From contig CALHTM010000002.1 of NCBI GenBank assembly GCA_938039975.1, positions 44,541-108,540 of the forward strand: a stretch of DNA of 64,000 nt. The letters are read 5' to 3'. Source of the stretch: an uncultured Candidatus Saccharibacteria bacterium. Its GTDB lineage: Bacteria > Patescibacteriota > Saccharimonadia > Saccharimonadales > Saccharimonadaceae. A program made the position numbers and the translations under genes. Of this stretch, positions 1 through 10,184 are shown one piece after another; the first letter of the stretch is position 1, and each line of letters begins with the position of its first letter. The notes below the pieces were generated by a model that saw only the letters and a list, made by a program, of their open reading frames with translations, was not told where the DNA came from and searched no databases.

Positions 1-35
1 ACTACTGGAGCATCCTTGCGCATTTTTTTTGCCAT
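1..35 (-). CDS. rpsR: 30S ribosomal protein S18, 5' end only (runs off window)
   Basis: ATG at 35 gives MAKKMRKDAPV..., with SD-like AAAGGA upstream; conserved rpsF-ssb-rpsR order. Confidence 0.75.
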   Translation of the reverse strand, partial: MAKKMRKDAPV

Positions 36-57
36 ATTTTATAATCCTTTCTAATCG

Positions 58-501
58 TTAAAATGGGATCTCGCTTAAGTCGATTGGCTTATCGTCGATA
101 TCTTCGACGACCACATCTTTGGTGCTAGTCGCTGGCGGCGGTGTCGATGCTGGTGTATTACTGTCGTTGCGACCGCCAACAAAATTGAAGTCTTCGACAA
201 CCACCTCGACAGCCGACCGTTTATTGCCATCTTTATCCTCGTAGCTACGCTGGTCGAGCCGGCCGCTCACCAAAAGCGGCGTGCCTTTTTTGACATATTG
301 CGAGATAATCTCGCCCGGCTTGCCCCACGCTACGCAGTTAATGAAGCTGGTCTGGTCTTGCTGCTGGCCGTCTTGGTTGCGCCAGCTACGGCTGACCGCC
401 AAACTAAAATTAGCTACGCTCTGGCCGCTCGTCGTCGTTCGCAATTCAACATCTCGCGTCAGATTTCCCATTAATATTACTTTGTTAAACCCCTTTGCCA
501 T
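58..501 (-). CDS. ssb: single-stranded DNA-binding protein
   Basis: NKVILMGNLTRD OB-fold start, acidic C-terminus ending IPF. Confidence 0.98.
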   Translation of the reverse strand: MAKGFNKVILMGNLTRDVELRTTTSGQSVANFSLAVSRSWRNQDGQQQDQTSFINCVAWGKPGEIISQYVKKGTPLLVSGRLDQRSYEDKDGNKRSAVEVVVEDFNFVGGRNDSNTPASTPPPATSTKDVVVEDIDDKPIDLSEIPF

Positions 502-526
502 GATAGATTTCCCTCCTATTTATGGC

Positions 527-880
527 TTAATCTTCGCTGTTTTCAGCCTCGCGTTCAGCCGCGCGCTTCTTGGCCTCCGCCAGAGCGGCACGCGCTTTGT
601 GATCTATCTTAACCAATAAATACCGGATAACTTCGTCGCTAATATTCAGCGCATTGTTAATCTTGAGCGGCGCGTCTGCTGGCAGCTCGACATCCATCGA
701 CACATATACCGCAAAATCTTCGCCTTTGATGCTGTAAGCGAGGCGATTTTTGCCCCAATTGTCCTCGGCCTTAACTGAACCGCCGTTATCGGCGATCAGC
801 TGCTTGACCTTGCTAAGCACCGCATCCAAATTCGCCTCCAAATCAGGCCGAATAAGAACCGTCAGCTCGTATTCTCTCAT
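527..880 (-). CDS. rpsF: 30S ribosomal protein S6
   Basis: MREYEL...WG.NRLAYSI...VIRYL; SD AAGGAGG. Confidence 0.97.
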   Translation of the reverse strand: MREYELTVLIRPDLEANLDAVLSKVKQLIADNGGSVKAEDNWGKNRLAYSIKGEDFAVYVSMDVELPADAPLKINNALNISDEVIRYLLVKIDHKARAALAEAKKRAAEREAENSED

Positions 881-883
881 ACA

Positions 884-940
884 TTACCTCCTTGGTATCC
901 GTACGGATGGTTACGTTGTCTCACGCAACCTTAGGTTTAA
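884..940 (-). promoter_or_regulatory. candidate S6:S18-binding rpsF leader RNA
   Basis: Minus strand: GGTTGCGT/ACGTAACC hairpin, then ATCCGTACGGAT (contains CCG) abutting the SD; position matches the known rpsF leader. Confidence 0.4.
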
Positions 941-1006
941 TATCGCTTAATATTATACACTATCTGCTATGAAAAAGCTAGCTTCATACGTACCCCCAGC
1001 ACGGAT

Positions 1007-1037
1007 AAAGTGCCCGTTACTACACGGGCACTTTTTT
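1007..1037. terminator. intrinsic terminator (possibly bidirectional)
   Basis: AAAGTGCCCGT-N6-ACGGGCACTTT with T run. Confidence 0.7.
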
Positions 1038-1061
1038 ACCTACTCATTATTTTGAAAACTT

Positions 1062-1832
1062 TTAGTTATCCCAACGATCTTTAACCTCAGCAAGCAACTC
1101 ATCTACTCGACATACTGCACCGTCGCCTGAATAGACACCCTCCTTTCTCTTGTCTACACCCTCATCTTTATTTACATAAATAGTCCAGCTCAAATCGCCC
1201 CCACACTCTTTCCCTGGAAGGCATTCAAAAGGTTCAACGCGCCCGTTTCTGTCGGAATCCCAGGAGTAATAAATCCTGCTAACAATAGCATCATCACTTT
1301 CTACAAATTTTATAGCTTTATCATAAGCAACTTTGCCATCCTTTGTTTCTATACTCCTCAATATTGAACCGTCCTCCGAGCTAAAAGTAGCGCATAAATA
1401 CGAAGCGTGACCAGCTTCGCCATATTTAGGGTTTCTTTCTTCTCGTAAACATAGTTCAACACTCATTCCCTCATCTCTATTATAATCCGCAGTTTCACCG
1501 ACACCAGTCCCTGATGTATTGCCAGCTGGCATTCCAGCAGCTACATCAATACGAAGTGATCTGCCGTCGCCAGTTGTATAAGAATCGCCCTCCCTAGAAC
1601 CGTCTTCTCTAATTTCTTCAGCCTTATTCAAAACGACTGAACGCACGTTATCTGTCATATCGCGCATTTGTTCATCGCTCATCGCGGGCTTATGTGCTTC
1701 ATGACAGAGACCAAAAGCTACCGCAACAGATAGAGCAAGAGCACCTAGTTCCCTCGCACGGAGTTTCCACTTTTCCCCTCTGCCAGGCCGTTCAGTGCCT
1801 GCGGTAGAGCTAAACTCTCTAGTTTTGCCCAT
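1062..1832 (-). CDS. hypothetical membrane-anchored/exported protein
   Basis: 256-aa ORF, one N-terminal hydrophobic segment, AT-richer codon usage, downstream terminator. Confidence 0.75.
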   Translation of the reverse strand: MGKTREFSSTAGTERPGRGEKWKLRARELGALALSVAVAFGLCHEAHKPAMSDEQMRDMTDNVRSVVLNKAEEIREDGSREGDSYTTGDGRSLRIDVAAGMPAGNTSGTGVGETADYNRDEGMSVELCLREERNPKYGEAGHASYLCATFSSEDGSILRSIETKDGKVAYDKAIKFVESDDAIVSRIYYSWDSDRNGRVEPFECLPGKECGGDLSWTIYVNKDEGVDKRKEGVYSGDGAVCRVDELLAEVKDRWDN

Positions 1833-2029
1833 ATATTTATCGTAGCCTTTCTAACTACAGATAATTAATTATGTAAATATCTCGATATTATACTCCATAT
1901 TTGATAATTTGTCAAGCATATCGCCGCAATTATCTAGCCATTGCAATACTTGGATGCTTTACCAGAAGATTATAATACTTTTACCATCTAATTTTGCAGT
2001 CAAAATCGCAATTGTGCTATGATGCTAGA

Positions 2030-2836
2030 ATGCATGTCGCAATCCAGGGCCAAGCTGGCTCTTTCCACGACCAGGCCGCCCGCCAATGGTACGGCACTAG
2101 TGTCAAACTCGTTCCCTGCACAACGTTTAGCGAAGTTTTCGCCGCCTACGACGACGGTAGTGCCGACGCGATCGTTACAGCGGTCGAAAACACCCTATTT
2201 GGCAGCATTAACGAAGTTTACCGTTATATCGAGGAATGCAGTGCGCCGATCGTCGGCGAAATCAAGCTGCCTATCGAGCAGACGCTCATCGGTCTGCCAA
2301 ATACTAAACTCAGCGATATTACCGAGGTTTACTCTCACCCGGTAGCCCTTTCTCAATGCCGCCGCTTCCTGCAAAAGCAGCTGCCGCAGGCAACGCCAAT
2401 CGAGTTTTTCGATACCGCCGCCGCTGTCGAGTTCGTCAAGCAAAATAGCTCCCGGCAATGCGCCGCTATCGCCAGCCAGACTGCCGCCGAATTATATAAT
2501 TTGCCAATACTACAGCGTTCCATCCACGACAATCCCGATAATATCACCCGCTTTTTGGTAATTGAACCGTCTAATGCGCCTGCTGATGCTAATCGTGCTT
2601 CTCTGGTTATCACCACCGACCATCAGCCTGGCGCCCTCGTCGAGGTATTACAGATATTCGCCAAGCGCCGTATCAATCTCGCCAAACTACAATCGCAGCC
2701 AATCGTCGGACAGCCTTGGAAATACAAGTTTTTTATTGTCGTCGACTGCGCTGGACAACCGCTTTATCAAGCTATCCGCGACATTGAGCGCAGCAATCAC
2801 GAGGTTACTATCCTCGGCGAATATGTTGGCGCCTAG
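2030..2836 (+). CDS. pheA: prephenate dehydratase with ACT domain
   Basis: AIQGQAGSFH, VENTLFGSI, VYSHPVALSQC, catalytic N-x-TRF, ACT domain; start placed at ATG 2030. Confidence 0.93.
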   Translation: MHVAIQGQAGSFHDQAARQWYGTSVKLVPCTTFSEVFAAYDDGSADAIVTAVENTLFGSINEVYRYIEECSAPIVGEIKLPIEQTLIGLPNTKLSDITEVYSHPVALSQCRRFLQKQLPQATPIEFFDTAAAVEFVKQNSSRQCAAIASQTAAELYNLPILQRSIHDNPDNITRFLVIEPSNAPADANRASLVITTDHQPGALVEVLQIFAKRRINLAKLQSQPIVGQPWKYKFFIVVDCAGQPLYQAIRDIERSNHEVTILGEYVGA

Positions 2837-2841
2837 TAATC

Positions 2842-5100
2842 CTAGAAATCGCCGCCAGCGCTAATCTCGTCCACACTAGATATCAATACCTCGCGCGGCC
2901 GCGAACCATCCGCTGGTCCGATAATACCTTGCTCTTCCATTTCTTCAATAATCCGCGCTGCTCGCGAGTACCCAATTCGTAGTTTGCGCTGCAATAACGA
3001 CGTCGAGGCTTTGCGCATCTCAACGACAACTCGCACCGCATCCTTGAACATATCATCGCTACCATTACTGCCGAAGTCCATCACCACGCCGCCTTTACCG
3101 TTCAATTGCACTGGCTGGCTAACGATTTCGTCATTATACTGCGGCGGCGCCTGCATCCGCAGCTGATCAGTAATTTTGTTCACCTCGCTATCCATTACCC
3201 AAGCGCCCTGAATACGCTTCGGCTTCGGCATACTAGCAGTTTTGATCAGCATGTCTCCCTGGCCCAGCAATTTCTCGGCGCCAGCCTGGTCGAGAATTGT
3301 CTGGCTATCGGTCTGGCTGGCCACTGTAAAGGCAATCCGCGCCGGCACATTTGCCTTGATGAGACCGGTAATCACATCAACGCTCGGACGCTGCGTCGCT
3401 AGCACCAGATGAATACCAACCGCTCGCGCCTTCTGCGCCAAACGAACAATTAAGCCCTCGACATCGCGCTTAGCTACCATCATCAGATCGGCCATCTCAT
3501 CAATCACAATTACAATGTACGGCATTGTACCTTCATCAACTTGCTGTACATTGCCTTTTTCATCGGCAACGCCGATTTTCTTGCCTTTTGCTTTAGCCCG
3601 TTCATTGTAAGTCTTGATATCGCGCACCCGCTCTTCGGCCAGCAAGCTATAGCGACGTTCCATTTCGTTAACCGCCCATTTCAGCGCGCTCATTGTCTTT
3701 TCTGGCTCAACAATCACTGGCGTCAACAGGTGTGGAATATCCTGATACGGCGCCATCTCGACCTGCTTCGGGTCGACAAGAATTAGCTTCATGTCGCTCG
3801 GCGCGTTACGATACAGCAAACTGCTTAGCAGCGTATTAATCATTACCGATTTACCTGATCCAGTTTGACCAGCCACCAGCAAGTGCGGCATTTTGTTAAG
3901 CTCGCCGACAAACGGCAGTCCTGAAATGTCTTTACCAATCGCAAAACTCAGCGGCTCTTTGCGGCGGCGCCATTCAGCGCTTTCTAAAATTGAACGGATA
4001 CGCACGTCGGCCGCTTTCTTGTTTGGCACTTCGATACCGACAGCTTTTTTACCTGGAATCGGCGCCTCCATGCGCAAGCTCGACGCCGCCAGATTCAGCG
4101 CAATATTGGTCTCTAGCGCAGTAATCTTGCTCAATTTAATACCCGCCGGCGGCCGCAACGTATACTGAGTCACTTTCGGGCCGATATTGGCGCCTTCCAT
4201 ATCGACATTAATGTTAAATTCACGCAAAGTGTCTTGAATAATGCGCGCGTTCTGCTTGATATCGCCCGCATCAGCTGGCGCTTCCTTCTTCTCTAGCAAA
4301 TCAAGGCTCGGAAATTGCCAGTTCGGGTCGCTAACCGCCAGCATCGCCATTTTGTCGTCGCGATCAGCTTCGGCTTTTTTAGCTTGCGGTTTGATTTTAA
4401 GCTTCGCACTTTGCTTGCTGTCATCTTGCGACACCGTCGGTACGCCTTCATTGAGCTTGAAATCATCCATCTTGCCGTGATCATCCTCGGCAGCTTTGCG
4501 CATAACCTGGACATTAGCTTCGTTCTCTGCCTTTTCGTTGCTAGATACTGCTGTCTTGAACATTCCTGCGATATCACTAAACCGCAGTTGCAACACAAAC
4601 AATAGCGTAATCGCAATCAGCAAAATATAAATAAAAACACCGACTGGTATATTGACCAGCGACAAGACGACCGAATTCAATCCATCACCAACAACACCGC
4701 CAGTCGACGGCGCACCCTTTTCACGAAACAGCCCGAATAGGCCGCTAAACCAAACAACTATCAAAATTGAGGCAAATTTCATGACTGCTGGCAATCGGTT
4801 GTTTTCGGCGCCAAATATTCTAACAGCTACATACAAACCGACAACTGGCACTATATAAACCGCCCAGCCAATCGTTCGCTTAGACACTTCTAGCATTTGA
4901 TTAAGCAACGGACCGCCCGCACCGAACCACGATACCACCAGTAATGCCGATAGCGCCATCAACAGCACCGCCGCAACCTGCGGCCAAAACCCAGAGGGTA
5001 CTTCATGCTGCGGGGCTGGTGCTTTCGCTGCTTTGCTAGCGCGTGCTGTACGAGTTGTTTTAGTCGATTTTCGAGTTCGCGTCGTCTTTTTCTTTGCCAT
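2842..5100 (-). CDS. ftsK: DNA translocase FtsK/SpoIIIE
   Basis: N-terminal TM helices, PHLLVAGQTGSGKS, DEMADLM, ATQRPS, gamma domain LQRKLRIGYSRAARI. Confidence 0.98.
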   Translation of the reverse strand: MAKKKTTRTRKSTKTTRTARASKAAKAPAPQHEVPSGFWPQVAAVLLMALSALLVVSWFGAGGPLLNQMLEVSKRTIGWAVYIVPVVGLYVAVRIFGAENNRLPAVMKFASILIVVWFSGLFGLFREKGAPSTGGVVGDGLNSVVLSLVNIPVGVFIYILLIAITLLFVLQLRFSDIAGMFKTAVSSNEKAENEANVQVMRKAAEDDHGKMDDFKLNEGVPTVSQDDSKQSAKLKIKPQAKKAEADRDDKMAMLAVSDPNWQFPSLDLLEKKEAPADAGDIKQNARIIQDTLREFNINVDMEGANIGPKVTQYTLRPPAGIKLSKITALETNIALNLAASSLRMEAPIPGKKAVGIEVPNKKAADVRIRSILESAEWRRRKEPLSFAIGKDISGLPFVGELNKMPHLLVAGQTGSGKSVMINTLLSSLLYRNAPSDMKLILVDPKQVEMAPYQDIPHLLTPVIVEPEKTMSALKWAVNEMERRYSLLAEERVRDIKTYNERAKAKGKKIGVADEKGNVQQVDEGTMPYIVIVIDEMADLMMVAKRDVEGLIVRLAQKARAVGIHLVLATQRPSVDVITGLIKANVPARIAFTVASQTDSQTILDQAGAEKLLGQGDMLIKTASMPKPKRIQGAWVMDSEVNKITDQLRMQAPPQYNDEIVSQPVQLNGKGGVVMDFGSNGSDDMFKDAVRVVVEMRKASTSLLQRKLRIGYSRAARIIEEMEEQGIIGPADGSRPREVLISSVDEISAGGDF

Positions 5101-5188
5101 AACCGTTACCTATTGTACTCTGTTTATATCTAAAAGGATATACTACTATTGTAGCATAAATTACTACAAAAAGCAATAGCGCTATCTG

Positions 5189-7306
5189 TTAGTACGAGCG
5201 GCTATCTGAGTGGTCGCGCGGCACTACTGTCTCGGTATCAGGGATTTGTTTACGCGGGAAGCGCTTGTTTGATGGCTGCGGCATTAGCGGCTGGCTAGCA
5301 GCTTTGGCCTGCGGGGCGCGGCCGTGCGCTTTCGCTGCGCCGCCAACTTCATTAACTACTGGAATGACAATCGGCGTTCGCCGCGTCTGATCATACAAAA
5401 TATGCGTTACTTCGTCTTTGATTTCTTTTTTGACCACCTCTATGTCATACTTACCAGAGAAACTGCGCGCTGCTTTCTGCTTGAGATATTGGCGAATCAT
5501 TCCCATTAGCTCTTCATTATCGCGCATGTAAATAAACCCGCGGCTGATAATGTCTGGACTAGTCAAGAGCCGCCCCGTACCGCGCTGAACCGTCAATATG
5601 ACTATAAATATACCTTCTTGACTCATGTGGATACGGTCTTTGAGCACCACTTCGCTGACTACCGCGCCAGCATCATCATACATCGTACCGCCAGAGTGAA
5701 CAATGCGGCCAATTTTGTGCGCGCCATCGCTAGTAAACTCAATAATATCGCCTGGATCACAAACAAATATATTTTGCCGCGGGATACCGCATTCTTTCTC
5801 GGCCAAGCGTGCATTGTGCACTAGCATATGAAACTCGCCGTGATTAGGCAGATAGTACTTCGGCTTGACCGCATTAATCACCCGCACGTGGTCATCGTAA
5901 TAGCCGTGACCCGATAGGTGCAGCGGCCCGATACCAGTTAGGTGTGTTTTGCCATTTTGAATAATCTCGCCGCCCTCGCGCATCAGGCCATCAACTGTCC
6001 GCACTACGTATTTTTCATTGCCAGGAATTGGATTCGAGCTCAGTACTACCACATCCGAACCCTTAATTTTAACGTATTTGTGCGCTCCCGTCGCCATCCG
6101 ATTGAGCACCGCATTGAACTCGCCTTGGCTGCCAGTACAGACGATTGTTATCTTGTTATCAGGCAATTTAATCAAATCTTCCATCTTAACGACGGTATCT
6201 TTCGGCACTTTAATCACACCCGAACGCAGCGCCACTTCTAGGTTCTGAATCATACTAAAGCCAGCGAACGCCACTTTGCGGTCGTGCTTTTTCGCTTCCT
6301 CGAGAAGTAGCTGAATTCGATGCAACTGGCTAGAAAAGCTACTGACAATAATCCGGCTCTTCGACCATTTATCCATCACCTCGCCCATACTGTGCTGAAT
6401 ATCGAATTCGCCGTGCGTATGCGTACCGTCGCTTTCACAGTTAGTCGACTCGTTCATAAACAGCAAGAAGCCTTCTTTCTCGGCGATTTCGCTAATCCGA
6501 TTAAAATCGAATTTCTTGCCATCAACCGGATTTTCTTCAATACGCCAGTCGCCGCTCGAGAGGATATTACCAACTGGCGTCCGCACCACTACGGCAGCTG
6601 CATCTGGAATCGAGTGATTAACGCGTACCAGCTCAACACTAAATGAATCACAAAGTTGTACAGTATCATGATTTTCTGGATTTAATTCGTGGTATTCTGG
6701 CGTGAAAGCGCCGTCTATCTCTTCCATCGTCCGCTGTAGCATGCCAAGCGTGAACTTCGTGCCATAAACTGGTGCTGGCAATTTCGGGATGATATGCCGA
6801 AATGCGCCAATGTGGTCGAGATGGCCGTGCGTAAAGACGTGCGCTCGAATCCGATGCTTATTTTCTTCCAGCCACTGAGTATCAGGAATTATATAATTTA
6901 TACCCGGATAATCACTGCCTGGGAACAAGAACCCCATATCAATGACAATGATATCGTTGTCGTATTCAATCGCCGTCATATTCTTGCCGATACCCATCTC
7001 GCCGACACCGCCAATCGGAATCACCTTCAGCGTTGGCCGTGGCGTCCGCGGACGCTTCGGCTGGTCTTTTAGGCTGAATTGCTTGCCGCCATATCCGTTG
7101 TATACCGATTTATTAACCGGCACATTAATCAGATGCTGGCTAGCCTGCGCATTCACGCCTTCCGACATCCGCCGCTGCGCCCGAAAGACTTCGCCTTTGC
7201 GCGTAGTTGTCGCGTTCAGTACAGTATTGGTTGATTTTTGTTTAACCTGCAAGGGGCGTTTACTAGTATCGTCGCCTTTGGGGGTTGCCAGTCGCCGCTG
7301 ACCCAT
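5189..7306 (-). CDS. rnj: ribonuclease J
   Basis: IGKNM, THGHLDHIG, HSIPD, GSQGE, HLSGHG motifs. Confidence 0.97.
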   Translation of the reverse strand: MGQRRLATPKGDDTSKRPLQVKQKSTNTVLNATTTRKGEVFRAQRRMSEGVNAQASQHLINVPVNKSVYNGYGGKQFSLKDQPKRPRTPRPTLKVIPIGGVGEMGIGKNMTAIEYDNDIIVIDMGFLFPGSDYPGINYIIPDTQWLEENKHRIRAHVFTHGHLDHIGAFRHIIPKLPAPVYGTKFTLGMLQRTMEEIDGAFTPEYHELNPENHDTVQLCDSFSVELVRVNHSIPDAAAVVVRTPVGNILSSGDWRIEENPVDGKKFDFNRISEIAEKEGFLLFMNESTNCESDGTHTHGEFDIQHSMGEVMDKWSKSRIIVSSFSSQLHRIQLLLEEAKKHDRKVAFAGFSMIQNLEVALRSGVIKVPKDTVVKMEDLIKLPDNKITIVCTGSQGEFNAVLNRMATGAHKYVKIKGSDVVVLSSNPIPGNEKYVVRTVDGLMREGGEIIQNGKTHLTGIGPLHLSGHGYYDDHVRVINAVKPKYYLPNHGEFHMLVHNARLAEKECGIPRQNIFVCDPGDIIEFTSDGAHKIGRIVHSGGTMYDDAGAVVSEVVLKDRIHMSQEGIFIVILTVQRGTGRLLTSPDIISRGFIYMRDNEELMGMIRQYLKQKAARSFSGKYDIEVVKKEIKDEVTHILYDQTRRTPIVIPVVNEVGGAAKAHGRAPQAKAASQPLMPQPSNKRFPRKQIPDTETVVPRDHSDSRSY

Positions 7307-7443
7307 ATTGTTATACTCCTTTTTTATTACAATAATCTAAAAACCAGGTAGAGAGGTGCTTTTACTCGCTAGAAATTCCTCTCGTTAGTAGCTTTATTTT
7401 AGCAAACTGCCCGTATTTTGTCAAAAATGACCCTACGCCAACT

Positions 7444-7482
7444 AAAATGCCAGCGCCGTTTTCCCAAAGACGCTGGCATTTT
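7444..7482 (-). terminator. intrinsic terminator after yhgE/pip
   Basis: AAAATGCCAGCG...CGCTGGCATTTT inverted repeat. Confidence 0.7.
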
Positions 7483-7501
7483 CTAAAAGCTTCAAAGAGG
7501 A

Positions 7502-9613
7502 TTAATCGTCGCCATCCACCGAAGTATGAGCGAACTTGCGCTTGCCGCGGTAGATGAAGAAGCCGATCATCAGCAGATTAGCCGCCAGCAAGAATCCAGC
7601 TAGCACCCACATGCTATCGCTATAGAACGAACTGCCTAAGCCTCCAGAAATAGCCTGACGCAACGCCCGAATAGAATAAGTCATCGGCACCAGCGGATTA
7701 ACCGCCTGGAAAAAGCCATTGGCTGTTTGAATCGGGAATGTTCCCTCGCTCGACCCCAGTTGCAATACTAATAGTACCATCGCCAAGAAGCGTCCTGGAT
7801 TATCCAATACAATCACCAGAAGCGACACAATCGACATATAGACAAACGACGTCAAATAAATCGCCCCGATGAAATTCACTGGATGATCTGGCACTAGACC
7901 CAGGCAATAAACCATGATCAGCATCAAGATCGTTGCCTGAACGAAGGCCGCTGCGCCAGTAACCGAAGCTTTGGCCAGCCACCAGCGAAAAGCGTTTTCC
8001 TGCTCGGCAAAAGTTTTGCGGATTGGATAAATAATATTCAGAGCAATCGCCCCGACAAACAAGCTCAGCGACAACACGTACGGCGCTAGCGCATAGCCGT
8101 AATTCGGCACGTCGCCCTGTTTGGTCGTTTCCGACTTCACCGGGTTCGCCATCTGCTGCTGGGTAGCTGCGCCAGTTGGTTGTATTTTGAGTTGCCGAGA
8201 AGCGTCCGCCAACTTCGTAGCCAAAGTATCTGCACCGCCCGCCAATTGCGAGGTGCCATTCGTTAGTATACTGGAGCGGCTATCTAACAGCCGCGCGCCA
8301 TTCGCCAGTTGTTGGCTGCCAGTTTGCGCTTGCGCCAGACCGTTTGTTAGCGATGTCGAGCCGGCCAGCAACCGATTATTCGCTGCTCTGACGCTGTTAT
8401 AACCAATAAGAGCAGTGGTTGCATTCGGTGCCAACTGGTTAACGCCGTTGTTCAGCGTAGAAACACCGGTTTGCAATTGTGCTTGCTGCGTTGACAGACT
8501 TTGAGTGAGCACCTGCAAATCTTTAAGCAGTGCAGCTGCTTGAACGCTAATCGTTTGCGTTTTACTAAGTGCCTGGGAAAGCTGGCTAATTTGCGGTAAC
8601 GTTATGGTTGTCGAACCGCCAGAAGCTACCGCATCATGTCCTAATGTTTGTAGCGTCCCGCCTGCTGCCGTCAAATCCGCTGCTGCCGTTTGCATTGTTT
8701 GCGCCAAAATTTGCGCTTCGCTCTGCACTTTGCTCTGCTGATTAACAAGCGCCGGCGATGGATTATGGACGCTGGTATTTAATTGATTAAGGCCTGCCTG
8801 CAACTGTTTCATACCGTTTGTTAACTGCGCAACTTGCGATTCGCTTGGCAAACCGTTCGACAATTGGCCCAAGCCTGCCTGCAATTGGCGCGATCCATCG
8901 CCGAGCCGCGCTAAACCATTAGCCATCACCCGCTGATTTACCGCCAATTGCCGGACACCGCCAGTATACGTCTGCGCGCCCGCTTGCAGCTGCGTCAAAC
9001 CGCCATGCAAAGTAGCTGCGCCGCCCGCTGCCGTTTCCAGACCATCGCCAAGTTTATCTACATTCTCCAGAACGCCTTTAGCATACGCCTGAGTAATTTG
9101 CTCGGCCACCGACGTTTTGACTTTTTCAGCCGCTTGATTACTGACCAGCGAACCGATATAGTTCTTGGCTGGCGTAGTCGTGTAGCGAATCACCGCTTGC
9201 TGCGGTTGAGCAATAGTAATCGACGCCGCTTTTGCCGAAAAATCCGTCGGAACAGTCACCACCGCATAGAAATGCCCGCTATTGACCCCATCATCAGCCT
9301 GCTGTTTATTCACAAATTCCCAACCCAAATCATGATTACTTTTGAGTTTTTGCTCGACCGATTGCCCAATATTGACCGTTTGACCGTTCAGCTGCGCGCC
9401 TTTATCCTCATTGACAAATGCCACCGGCAAATTTTTCACCTGCCCATATGGGTCCCAAATTGAACCCAAGAAAAATCCGCTATACATAATCGGAATAAAG
9501 GAAATAACCGCCATCGACAGCAGTAATATTTTGTTTTTACAGAGGTGCTGCCACTCAGCTCGCACCATATTGACGCGGCGCCTGCTTGACAGCCGCTTTA
9601 GTTTTTCAACCAT
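7502..9613 (-). CDS. YhgE/Pip family membrane protein
   Basis: WDPYG..NLPVAFVNEDKGA N-terminal domain, L..G..QL repeats, NYG.ALAPY and C-terminal TM bundle. Confidence 0.93.
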   Translation of the reverse strand: MVEKLKRLSSRRRVNMVRAEWQHLCKNKILLLSMAVISFIPIMYSGFFLGSIWDPYGQVKNLPVAFVNEDKGAQLNGQTVNIGQSVEQKLKSNHDLGWEFVNKQQADDGVNSGHFYAVVTVPTDFSAKAASITIAQPQQAVIRYTTTPAKNYIGSLVSNQAAEKVKTSVAEQITQAYAKGVLENVDKLGDGLETAAGGAATLHGGLTQLQAGAQTYTGGVRQLAVNQRVMANGLARLGDGSRQLQAGLGQLSNGLPSESQVAQLTNGMKQLQAGLNQLNTSVHNPSPALVNQQSKVQSEAQILAQTMQTAAADLTAAGGTLQTLGHDAVASGGSTTITLPQISQLSQALSKTQTISVQAAALLKDLQVLTQSLSTQQAQLQTGVSTLNNGVNQLAPNATTALIGYNSVRAANNRLLAGSTSLTNGLAQAQTGSQQLANGARLLDSRSSILTNGTSQLAGGADTLATKLADASRQLKIQPTGAATQQQMANPVKSETTKQGDVPNYGYALAPYVLSLSLFVGAIALNIIYPIRKTFAEQENAFRWWLAKASVTGAAAFVQATILMLIMVYCLGLVPDHPVNFIGAIYLTSFVYMSIVSLLVIVLDNPGRFLAMVLLVLQLGSSEGTFPIQTANGFFQAVNPLVPMTYSIRALRQAISGGLGSSFYSDSMWVLAGFLLAANLLMIGFFIYRGKRKFAHTSVDGDD

Positions 9614-10040
9614 ACATTACCTCCTTGACAACGTCTTCTAACGTTACCGTTTTTAGATACTCGCTCCACTTCTCTTGCGCCTCGGAAAAGACTTTTTCAA
9701 TCATAGTCATGCCAATTTCCACCTGGCGAGGCCGCGACGCAAACACCCGCTCGACAATTCCTTGAGGCTGGAAGAATGGCGCTTCACCTTCAATCGCCAG
9801 TACCACATCATGCAGCGTCACTTGGCTCATTTCCCGCGCCAAAATGAAACCGCCGCCAGCGCCCTGCGTCGAGGTAATCAACCGTGCTACCACCAGCTTG
9901 CGGCTAATTTTCTTCAGATAGGTCGGCGATACTGCCATCTTTTCTGCCAAAGCATCGTTGGTCATCGGCGCTTTTCGCTGCGGGTCAGCCAAAATCGCCA
10001 TGATACAGCAGGCTTGTTCAACAGCTCCCGATAGTTTCAT
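9606..10040 (-). CDS. Rrf2 family transcriptional regulator
   Basis: MKLSGAVEQA, SPTYLKKI, S..GAGGGF.LA, VTLHDVVLAIEG; start placed at ATG 10040 after SD GGAAGGA. Confidence 0.93.
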   Translation of the reverse strand: MKLSGAVEQACCIMAILADPQRKAPMTNDALAEKMAVSPTYLKKISRKLVVARLITSTQGAGGGFILAREMSQVTLHDVVLAIEGEAPFFQPQGIVERVFASRPRQVEIGMTMIEKVFSEAQEKWSEYLKTVTLEDVVKEVMYG

Positions 10041-10062
10041 ATTAGTCCTTCCGTAAATTAGA

Positions 10063-10089
10063 TATAGTGGATATCGATTATCCACTATA
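10063..10089. promoter_or_regulatory. palindromic operator, probably for the Rrf2 regulator
   Basis: Perfect 11-bp arms TATAGTGGATA-N5-TATCCACTATA just upstream of rrf2. Confidence 0.7.
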
Positions 10090-10184
10090 CTACGGTTGCT
10101 TAATTTTGGCAAGAGTTTAATAAACGAATTGGGGATAAGCCCTGGCTTTTAAGCAGCTATCTATAGGTTGCCAGCGTGTCAACC

